Shown: piece after piece, positions 52,984-64,000 of the stretch
How the letters are laid out: the number at the start of each line of letters is the position of its first letter
Position numbering within the stretch: the first letter of the stretch is position 1
From: Octopus sinensis
Lineage: Eukaryota
NCBI RefSeq assembly: GCF_006345805.1
Contig: NC_042997.1
Location: forward strand, 105,710,001-105,774,000
Direction: 5' to 3'
DNA length: 64,000 nucleotides
The notes under the pieces: model-generated
What the model was told of the DNA's origin: nothing
The model's database searches: none
The model's input: the letters and a program-made list of their open reading frames with translations, nothing else
Made by a program: the position numbers and the translations under genes

Positions 52984-53612
52984 ACTCATGTAGTAAGTGA
53001 ATGTGGTATGCTACTCATATAGTAAGTGAATGTAGCATGCTGGCATAGAAGGAGTCCAAGTAAAGAGATGACAACCTAGGGAGAGTAATCCACTAGGAGT
53101 TATGTAGAAAGATAGGATTTGGACATATTGATAAATGGTATGAACATGAACCTGGTAAAGTACAAGAAAGTTAGAAATATAAGATGTTGTGGAACTTTAA
53201 CATTCTGACTGACAGAGTAATAGAAGCTAGAAGACCTGATTTAGTAGTAGTAGATAAAGAGAATAGAAAGTGCTAGATAATTGACTTTACAGTCCCAAAT
53301 GATGAAAAACATCAATATGAGAGATATGGAATAAAATAGCGAAGTACCAGGACCTAGCTATTGAATTATATAGAATAGGGAAAGTGCAGGTAAAATGTAA
53401 CCCAGTAGGTAAAGGTGCATGAGGAACCATCCCTAAACATCTGAACAGACGGATAGAGGAAATGGGCATAAAACCCATTTCCAGAAATCAGTGTTATTAG
53501 TGACAGCTAGGATACTTAGAAGGGTCCTTGGCGCCTAAGATTATTTGTTGTAGTTCAATGTTAAGATTTTTCTTTTCCAATCTGTTGTGAGAGCATGAAA
53601 ATAAAAATAATA
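52984..53612 (+). mobile_element. 5'-truncated R4/Dong-clade non-LTR retrotransposon (CCHC end plus restriction-like endonuclease)
   Basis: HIVSECSMLA..D.LGRVIH.ELC..KWYEHEP..KMLWNFNILTDRVIEARRPDLVVVDKENRKC.IIDF.VP..KYQDLAIEL..GA.GTIPK..TARILRRVL, with many stops. Confidence 0.85.
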
Positions 53613-53629
53613 ATCTTTTCTATTGAAAG

Positions 53630-53950
53630 TACACGACCTGCAATTTGGCGGGGGGGAACTAGTCGATTACATCGACCCCAGTGCTTCGGCGGAATTTGAA
53701 CTCAGAACGTATCAACGGGTGCAATACCGCTATGCATTTCGCCCAGCATACAAACGATTCTGCCAGCTCGCTTCTTCAATAATAATAATAATAATAATAA
53801 TAATCCTTTCTACCATAGGCACAAGGTCTGATATTTTGGGCAAGGAGTTAAGTCGATCACATCGACCCCAGTGTTTCACAGGTACTTAATTTACCGTTGA
53901 AAGGCAAAGCCAACCTCAGCGGTAGTTGAACTCAGAATGCATAAAGCTAA
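53630..53950 (-). mobile_element. Two degenerate SINE fragments separated by (AAT)n
   Basis: GTCGATTACATCGACCCCAGTG, CGGCGGAATTTGAACTCAGAAC and GAAAGGCAAAG motifs (reverse-strand SINE core). Confidence 0.7.
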
Positions 53951-53962
53951 AAGAATTACTGC

Positions 53963-54049
<87 letters not shown>

Positions 54050-56000
54050 GATAAATAAATAAACAAATATCAACGAAAACCGCAGATGTATTCGTTGTGT
54101 CAACTATCATTAGTGTGTAGGTAAAGGGATTTTCGTGAGTTTGATGATAAATTTAACATGAGAATCCGTATGAAAGGGAGAGAAAAAAAGTAATATTTAA
54201 TTTTTAACGATTGATATAAATATTTGATTCCATAAAAAAATTCTATTTTATATAACACATTATAACAAATGGCTGTTATAGATGAAATGTTGTTGATGTT
54301 ATTAAAAAAATTGGATGAAAGAAGAAATGATAAAAAATAATAATAAACAAGAAATTAAATGGAAGGTAAAAAAAAAGAGCGAAAAGTGATATTAAAATAG
54401 GAAAAATGATATCAAAATATGAAAGATAAAATAAAGATGGCGGTGATTAAACGTTGGAGGGTAAACGAGATGAAATTTGAAACGCAAAAGTAAAATATAA
54501 ATATGGTACACTGTGATTTTTTAATGTTCAAAGCCAACCAGCATTTTTTGCCGGTTGTCAATAGCAACTCCTATTTTCTTTTTAAAAATGTGTTTTAAAC
54601 GTGAATATCTCTCTCGTTCTCCATCTCTTATCACCCTTCATTGCCTCATCCTCATCTTTCTTCACTGCCTACTTCTGATTTTTTTCTATCTTTTCTTCGC
54701 TTCTTCCAGTTTTATTCTCTTCTTTCCCTGAATCACTTCTTTTATTCCTTTTCTTCTCACCCTTCTGTTCTTTTTTAGAGAATAGATGAAGTCCAACATT
54801 AAATTATTATTTATTAATTTCATTTTATGTTTGAATATTATTCTTCGTCACTACTAGCCTCCGCCAATAGATGATGGAGTCTGGTTCTTTTCAGTTGTTA
54901 ACTCCTTTCTTTTTAATTCATCATTTTATGTTTTCCTTCAAGAGCACCGTAGCATGAATCTATTGTGAAGTAGCTACTGGAGTAAGAACCATTATTCATA
55001 TAAATGTCATTAATATAATGATAGAAGAAAACATACGATATTCAATATCTCTTCGCAAATAGAATTTTTTTTCCAGCATAGCTATCATTACTTTTGAGTA
55101 CTAACGACAAACACATTTGGAGCAGTGTTGAGTTAAAGTTTATCCCTCCGGAAATCCAGCGATACCCTGGACGTAGTCCTGCTTATGAAACATTAGGCGT
55201 GGGTATGTGATTAAAAATTTGTCTTCACAACCACGTTGTTTCGAGTTCGAACTTTAAACGCAGAACTTTTGACAAGTGTTTTTTTATCATCGTTTCAGCT
55301 ATAAGTAATGCCTTGTGTGCGAATTTGAAAGGTGAATACTCACACACACATATACAAATGCATTTATGTATTTTTATGTTTATTTATAATAAAACCAATT
55401 TTGCATATATCTGCTGGGTTGCTCTATACTTTTGCTGAGTATAAATTTATTATTCTCAAACAAGTATATTTCTGGCTGTGACTTTGAGTTAAGCCATCAT
55501 CGGATTGCAATGCATTAGAGTTAATATTGGCTTTATATAGTCTCTGTTGTGTTGAAACCTTATTTGAGTAATTAGATTTTAGAGTGGATTGTTGTTGAAT
55601 TAATTTGGGGTTACGGTATTCATCATATAATTTCTTTTACTTTTCAAATTTTAGTATTTTATATACGTATGTATGTGTGTGTATATATATATATATATGG
55701 GTTTGTGTGGATATGTGTGTGTGTGTGCTCAAACGTGCAAATACTATTACATATAAGCATTCTCATCTTGGTAAATTCTAGCAATTAAGTCTAGAAAGTT
55801 TTGAAATTCACTCTCTATTTCTTTCAAGTGCTTTGAAAACTTCCTCGCACGCTTGCACCAGAGATCTATGGTTGCAGACATAAATCCACTTTAGCAATAC
55901 TGCTACTAATAGGAATTTAAGAGAGATATGTGCGTTATTATATGGCTGTAATACATACATACATACAGACAGACAGACAGACATGCTTTCATACACACAC

Positions 56001-56041
<41 letters not shown>

Positions 56042-56043
56042 TG

Positions 56044-56330
56044 CGTGGTCTGATAAATAAGTATCCGGACTGTTGTCATAGTAACGAAGCTAAAGCACAC
56101 AGAGTAAAGCTGCTGGGACAAGATTTGACGTTCAAATCTGTTGTGCATGCGCACTAAGTTTTAACGCTTTAGCTCACTTCAACTGTGTATAGCAGTGCTT
56201 GAAAGGAACGTGTGTAGCGTGTGATTGTTGCATTGACCATGACAGAGAAAGTTGAGCAGAGAATCTCAATCAAATTTTGCCAAAAGCTTAGCGATACCTG
56301 GTCAGAGACCTACGCAAAGCTTTAAAAAAT
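56044..56330 (+). mobile_element. Mariner 5' fragment
   Basis: CGTGGTCTGATAAATAAGTATCC TIR-like start; MTEKVEQRISIKFCQKL.DT.SETYAKL; same family as 9478. Confidence 0.8.
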
Positions 56331-57174
56331 TATCATAGTCCTCGACACAATCAAGTAGATCTCGTGCAACTGAAACCCGAGTTATATATATCGGAGTCAA
56401 CTCCAGGTCATCAGCGTCACTCGGGCTCATTACATGTTTCATATAAGATATATGCCTACTCGAAGAATTTCACGTTTTTGCACAATAATTTATCACTATG
56501 TCTTTCTCCATTTGTAAGTTAAGGGTAAAAATCAAATAACCCTGAAAAGCACAACTTTTCACACAGACGCACAGAATAACAACAATCAAATAACAACAGC
56601 GGAGTGCACAACAAACATCAGCGATCTGACTGTCGCCTGTACTCTTGACAAGATACACCAGTTAGTGTTTTACACCTACCACGCTTGTTTGTACTTGCTC
56701 CAGTTGCTAGATAATTTTTCGTCCCTGTAAAAGGGAAACTTTTCATGGATTAGTATTTCAATCCTTATCTCTAGAGGGATGTATTGTTTCAAGTAAACAT
56801 AGAACTTGAACTATTTATAATTTTTACGAATATACATATCAATTCGGATTGTAACTTCTCAGCCTGAGCCAGGTGCGTTTGAACGATGTTGAGAGAATAT
56901 CTGTTACAAATGATATTTTTTGATACAGGTCACCTCTTGAACGACCGCCAGTCGCTGAACGAAAATAAAGTAGCTGCGAGGAAGCTCAATAATAAAAGCC
57001 CGAGTTATTGACTGAAATTACATACTTGAAGTCAGTGTTGGCAGAAATTAAATCAGTTTGCAAATACAAGTTCACTTTACTAAATTTATACCCGGGCCAA
57101 GTCCGAACAGCCCGAGTGCCGGAGTCGCCACTAATATGAATACACACACACACACACACACACACACCACACAC

Positions 57175-57223
<49 letters not shown>

Positions 57224-57378
57224 GTGGTACAATAATGCACCAATATCTACTGGAAAGAGCAATAGCAGTCGATAATATACGACGTTATAGTGAAGCTTTA
57301 CTGTGTATATATACTTTAAACTGATGGTGTTTTGCATATACATACATACATACATACATACATACATACATACATACA

Positions 57379-57404
<26 letters not shown>

Positions 57405-57413
<9 letters not shown>

Positions 57414-58310
57414 TCTTTTAGTTTTTTCATTCTATTATTACTTCCAGTCATTTGACTTCGGCTATGCTGAGAGCACCGCCTTAAACGGTATTGGTCGACG
57501 ACATCGACCCCAGAACTTATTCTTTGTAATGAGTATTCATCACCACTGTCCGACTAACGGGGGTGTGAAACTCTGAGTAATAGGTTCTGAAAATGTTGTA
57601 GCTTAAATGAAAGCATATACCTACTACCTCTGGTACTATATTTTATTCAACCTTGTTGTGCATTTATGTAATGTATGTATGTATGTATGTATGTATATGT
57701 ATGTATGTATGTATGGTATTTATGTATGTATAGTATGTATGTATGTATGTATGTATGTATGTATGTATGTATGTATGTATGTATTCATGTATGTAATCGT
57801 GTATGTATGTATGGATGGATGGATGTTTGTATCTATGTATCTATCTATCTATCTATATATACATATATATTCTTTTAGTTTTTTCATTCTATTATTACTT
57901 CCAGTCATTTGACTTCGGCTATGCTGAGAGCACCGCCTTAAACGGTATTGGTCGACGACATCGACCCCAGAACTTATTCTTTGTAATGAGTATTCATCAC
58001 CACTGTCCGACTAACGGGGGTGTGAAACTCTGAGTAATAGGTTCTGAAAATTTTGTAGCTTAAATGAAAGCATATTACTCTACCTCTGGTACTATATTTT
58101 ATTCAACCTTGTTGTGCATTTATGTACATGTATGTATGTATGTATGTATGTATGTATGTATTTATGTATGTATGTATGTATGTATGTATGTATGTATGTA
58201 TGTATGTATGTATGTATGTATTCATGTATGTAATCATGTATGTATGTATGGATGGATGGATGTTTGTATCTATGTATCTATCTATCTATCTATATATACA
58301 TATATATCTC
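57405..58310 (+). repeat. ~457-bp local tandem duplication
   Basis: CCAGTCATTTGACTTCGGC at 57444 and 57901; the units are nearly identical, including a SINE tail, unique DNA and (TATG)n. Confidence 0.95.
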
Positions 58311-58696
58311 GCTCATACATTTATAAAAGCAAATATATGTAATATACACAAACAAGAAATGTATAGAGGAAAATAAGTAATAAAGTATGAATGCAGTAAA
58401 TTATTTAGCCACAATTTTTTGCATACACGTTATGGGTGTGGATAATGTGAATGCATTTGTGCGTGAGTGACCGTATCTACGTATACGCTTGCAAAAGTTT
58501 CTATAGTTGTGCATGTCTATTCGTGTTTTTCTAATGGTAATAGCCTACGAGTGTGGAGCAGCGTACATCTGCACAGGCGAGCTGTGGTCACATTTACGCA
58601 TGTACCTATAGAAATACAAACCTGCATATATGCATACACGCGTATATATATATCGTATGTATGTATGTGCATTTATATATATATATATATATATAT

Positions 58697-58767
<71 letters not shown>

Positions 58768-58847
58768 TAGATATAGATATAGATATATATGTATTGGCGC
58801 AGGAGTGGCTGTGTGGTAAGTAGCTTGCTTATATATATTTATTATGA

Positions 58848-58878
<31 letters not shown>

Positions 58879-58926
58879 TACATATATACATGCATATATA
58901 GATATTCATGCATATATATTTATCTC

Positions 58927-58997
<71 letters not shown>

Positions 58998-59089
58998 GTA
59001 TATAGATACATATATATATACATATAAATTAAATAGTCTAGTATATTTAAAATGAAAATCCAAAGATTTAAAAATTATTTTACAATTAA

Positions 59090-59321
59090 TAAGAGGAGTG
59101 ACCACTATAGGGGATTTCTAATATGCTAAAGATAGACGTCAAATTGCCCTACCACGAAGAGAGCGTTCTCAAGGATAATCTCAGCAAAAACGCCAGAAAG
59201 CAAAAATGAACATTCTGACGTTTTTACTGAGAATTTTCTTGAGAGCACACACTTCGTGTTTAGGCGATTTGACGTCTATCTTTAGCATATTAAGAATCCA
59301 CTTTAGTGGTCATTCCTCTTA
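59090..59321. mobile_element. Fold-back MITE (almost entirely self-complementary)
   Basis: ~110-bp arms TAAGAGGAGTGACCACTA..AATATGCTAAAGATAGACGTCAAAT.. vs their reverse complement, with a short central loop; flanked by TTAA on both sides (59086-59089, 59322-59325). Confidence 0.85.
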
Positions 59322-59492
59322 TTAACTATTATATATACATACATATATATATATATATATACATATATATATACACATATACATATATACGTATATAAGC
59401 ATATATGCAAATTCATACGTATATATATATATGTGCATATATGCGTGCATATATATATATATGTGTGTATGTGTGTGTGTGCATATATATGC

Positions 59493-59542
<50 letters not shown>

Positions 59543-60289
59543 GAGAGAGAGAGAGAACTGTATAATAAATACATATGATGCCTGCACATATATTTCTGCG
59601 TTTCGTGTATGTGAGAGAAAGAACACGCATTCGCTCGTGTGTATATGTGTACTTACAAGCATATCTGTGTGTGTGTGTGTTTGTGTGTGTCTGCGTCTGT
59701 GTGTATGTGCATGCGTGCAAGTGTGTACGTGTGTGTCGAAAGGGTGGCTGTTTTGTCGGAGTAAAAAAAAAAATGAATGAAAGAAAGAAAGAAAAAAGAA
59801 CGGGGAATTAAAATTGAGAGATGAGACGGAATTAATAACGCAAACAAGCGGAATAGGTTTAAATAATGCAGCTATTTGTCGACCACGCCCACAGCGTTAG
59901 TAAGGCAGAATAGCTAAGTGAATGGGCAGAGAGTCATATAACGTGGGATGGAGCAGTGATGAAGCAATAGAATGACTGCTACCTTATTAAACAACATAGC
60001 ACAATATTTAGCTGAAACCTTTTCCCGCGCTTTCTTTCACAATTTTGTTTTGGTTGTGGTTCTGTTGCTGTTGTTGTTCTTTCTGTTGTTTAGCCTCAAG
60101 GTTGGTCCCGATTGAGCGCTGATATGCATTATCAAAGTTGTTCCACCCATTCTAATCCGACCCTTGTGTGTGTGCGTGTGTGTGTGTGTGTGTGTGCGTT
60201 TGTGTGTGTGTGTGTGTGTGTGGTGTGTGTGTATAGAGAGAAGAGAGAAAGAGAGAGAATGGGGAGAGAGAGATAGAGGGGAGAGACCA

Positions 60290-60572
<283 letters not shown>

Positions 60573-60689
60573 TACTTTTTCGTTATCAAATATTCTGTAA
60601 TGACTCTATAATCGGACTGCGATTATGCTGAAGAACAGCCTTCGTGAGGTTAGTCGTTCTTGTTAACTATACTAATAATTTTTAGCACA

Positions 60690-61860
60690 TGGCCAACGAT
60701 TTCAGGCGTGGATGGATGAATAAGTCGATTACAACGAGACTCCAGTGATACTCATTTTATCAACCCCAAAAGAATGAAAGGCAAGTTGGAATTTGAACTC
60801 AGAACGTAAAGACAGTCGAAATACCTATTTCTTTACTACCCACAAGGAGATAAACACAGAGAGGACAAACAAGGACAGACAAACAGATTAAGTCGATTAT
60901 ATCGACCCCAGTGCGAAACTGGTACTTAATTTGTCGCCCCCGAAAGGATGAAAGGCAAAGTCGACCTCGGCGGAATTTGAACTCAGAACGTAGCGGCAGA
61001 CGAAATACTGCTAAGCATTTCGCCCGGCGTGCTAACGTATCTGCCATCTCGCCGCCTTTTTTAGTACATGGCCAACGATTTCAGACGTGGGTGGGTGGAT
61101 AAGTCGAAATACCGCTAAGCATTTCGCATAGCGTGCTAACGAAACAATCAGCTTGCCGCCTTCACAATAGTATTAATATTCTTTCTACTATAGGCACAGG
61201 GCCTGAATTTTTTTTGTGGGCTTGTTTAAGTCGATTACATCGACTCCAGTACTCAACTGGTACTTAATTTATCGACCCCGAAAGGATGAAAGGCAAAGTC
61301 GACCTTGGTAGAATTTGAACTCAGAACGTGGCGACGGGCGAAACACTGCTAAGCATTTCGTCCAGCGTGCTAACGGTTCTGCCAGCTAGCTGTCCTCACT
61401 AAAGTATTACTATTGGTTTCAAATGTAAGCTCAATGCTAGCAACTTTGCAGAGGGGATAAGTCGATAACGTTGACCCCAGTGCTCGACAGGTACTTATCT
61501 TACAGACCTAGAAAGGATAAAAAGTAAAGTCGGCCTCGGAGGAATTTGAACTTAGAACGTAACAATGGATGAAATGCTGCAAACATTTTGTACAGTCGCC
61601 TAAGCTTTAGAAGTAATATCAAGAGTGATAGTAAGGTGGAGAACTGGTAAAATCGTAAGCACGCCGGGCGAAATGCTTACGTTCTAAGTTCAAATTCTAC
61701 CGATGTCGACTTTGTCTTTCATCCTTACAGGGTCGATAAAATTAGTACTAGTGACGCACTGGGGTCGATGAAATTGACTTACCCCACTTTCCCAAACTTG
61801 CTGGCATTAGGCCAAAATTTTAAACCAATATTAATTGTAATAGTAGTCGCTTTAAACTCT
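60690..61860. mobile_element. SINE cluster (several minus-strand monomers/dimers at ~60690-61590, one plus-strand copy at ~61640-61860)
   Basis: Repeated GAAAGGCAAAGTCGACC..GAATTTGAACTCAGAACG motifs, and the reverse junction CGAAATACCTATTTCTTTACTACCC at ~60817-60841. Confidence 0.88.
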
Positions 61861-62599
61861 CCTCAGAATTGCTGGCCTTGTGCTAAAATTCGAAATTAAT
61901 ATCAGTTGTGTTACTTAACCATTATATTACATGACATAAACATATACAAACGTGGTCACGTGCTAGCCACAGATACGTAGGCATAAAAACACACAAACGT
62001 GCATATATACATATCTGACCGTTTCCGGTGCCAACTGAAGAAACTAAAACTTCGTGATTGCCATTACCCAAACCTGTGATATTTTAGTTACATTTGTAAA
62101 TTTTTTGCCGATAAATATATAGATATACAAATGAGTATGGGTGTACAAACAGACAGATAGATATATTGATAAATAGATACATATATAAACATACAAATAC
62201 ATACAAATATATGTATATATATGCTTCTATATACATGTGTGTGTGTGTGTACTTGTCTGTGAATTCGTGCATGTATGTATGAATTTGGATGTCAGATGCA
62301 AATCCGCACTCCACATCATACACGCATTTTTAACATTTACATGTGTGTGCATGCGTGCGTGTGCGTATGTATCTGTGTATCTTCGTATCTGCGCATTTAC
62401 ATATATATAGTTCAAATTTACAAAAAAACAAAAGACAAAAACGGGCGTAGGAACAATATGCAGCTGTATAAGTTTGACCCTCGGGAAAAATGAAAAAGTC
62501 TTTTACGACAGAAATGAATAAGAGGAATATATATATAAAGATAGATAGACAGGCAGGCAGGCAGACAGACATATATAGATATCTTATATATATATGCGC

Positions 62600-62818
62600 A
62601 ATGCTTAGCGGTAGCCGGGCGCAATGCTTAGCGGTATTTCGTCTGTCGTTACGTTCTGAGTTCAAATTCCGCCGAGGTTGACTTTGCCTTTCATCCTTTC
62701 GGGGTCGATAAATAAAAGTACCAGTTTCGCACTGGGGTCGATGTAATCGACTTAATCCCTTTGTCTGTCCTTGTTTGTCCTCTCTATGTTTAGCCCCTTG
62801 TGGGCAAAAAAGAAATAT
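62600..62818 (+). mobile_element. SINE monomer with a duplicated head segment
   Basis: GCGCAATGCTTAGCGGTA appears twice, followed by the GAGTTCAAATTCCGCCGAGG..CCCCTTGTGGGCAAAAAAGAAAT body. Confidence 0.9.
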
Positions 62819-64000
62819 ATATATATATATCATGAATGCGATGTTTTAAATATTTAGTATCCCAAAGTTATTGAGTTCTATTTTTATAGTATTACCATTT
62901 AAGTAATTACTCTTTTAATCAGCTTCCTACTTAAATACCGCACCCAGGAGTCGAGCACTCGCAACGAACCAAGAAATAGACTTTCTGTATGTAAATACGT
63001 AAGTTTCAATATTAAGCGAAAAATATATCACGGCAACTGAACAGGATTTACGTAAGTGATTAATCAGTGAAATGGGAGCGGTCTTTCAGAAGAATGCTTT
63101 GAAATCTCAATTTTAGGAAACCAGCCAGCGACAAGCCTTTATGAAATGGCACAGAATTAAAAACCTGGAACTGATCACTCTGGCACTCTGTATTTTAAAA
63201 ACTCGATACCTTTGAAGTGAAAATTCTAGTTATATGTAGCACAGCATTTCTTTTTATAATATAATGATCAAGTCCAGCGTCGTGACCGAAAAATTGTAAA
63301 GACTAGTCAAACACGTAAACTCAAAATGAACAGTATCAAATTTGACAATAATATTGATGAAGCAAATATAATAGCAGCGAAACAAACTAAACAGGAATGT
63401 GCAATTTTTTGCGAAACAAGTAAGATATGTAATTATTAAAGACTGCAATGAGAACTTCGTTTCGTTCGAATATGATTTCAAATATATCCTCCTGTCCATC
63501 GGCTCCAAAATTATGTGAAAAGTAAATTAAAATGATTAAAATTAAAATGAAAATTTATTTCCCAGTTTGTGAAAATCAGCCGCACTTGCAAATATAGACT
63601 CCTGGTTGGATATCCTCTCAATAATACAGAATGAGAAGGGAGAAAGTTAAATGGAGAAGCGAGGTGAAATGTCATCATGAAGGGTCAGATAATCTGATAA
63701 AATCAAGGTCATACCAGAGCCGTGCACAAATGAGGTCATCGAAGCAGAGTGTAAGAGACTAATGGTACAAAACAAAATAGGCGTTACACAAATTACAGTA
63801 AAAACTACATGCAGGACTTTATGCTCTGAAGAACCAAAAAAGCTAGAAAACCAGAGAAGAGAGGTAAACCGTCAGCCAAAGTTTAAGTGACTGTGCAGGA
63901 AATAATCTTGCGTTCGGCATTCGAAATAAATGCACTGATACCCATTTCCATGACTGTATGCCTCTGTAGCACCGTGCTATTCGGTATCGTGTGAGAGAGT

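Noticed and set aside
63690-63900. Weak RTE-like peptide traces (also 3030-3165 minus and 33600-33710)
   Set aside because: Too decayed to support by eye; needs a profile search.

Overview
AT-rich, microsatellite-saturated eukaryotic DNA, most likely octopus. This is an inference from the dominant tRNA-derived SINEs, which look like the octopus OK/OR-type SINEs. I recognise no host protein-coding exon, rRNA, true tRNA gene or CRISPR array; most listed ORFs are translations of (TA)n, (CA)n, (GATA)n or triplet repeats. The interpretable content is transposon-derived. It includes a full-length but inactivated mariner (1609-2878), other mariner/Tc1 fragments, and two Penelope-like retroelement (PLE) copies with GIY-YIG sequence (one also with RT) plus a PLE end fragment; these carry three minimal hammerhead-ribozyme-like motifs, two sharing a non-canonical CUGUNGA core. 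Also present are CR1, RTE, L1/Tx1 and R4/Dong LINE fragments, two non-autonomous Helitrons, Tigger-like and fold-back MITEs, and many monomeric or multimeric SINEs. Most worth following up: the variant PLE hammerheads, an 18-bp direct repeat bracketing a PLE end plus unique DNA (possible 3' transduction), a locally generated SINE palindrome, an unexplained 70%-GC island, and an R4/Dong fragment sitting in (AAT)n. All calls are by eye; boundaries are approximate unless termini are quoted.
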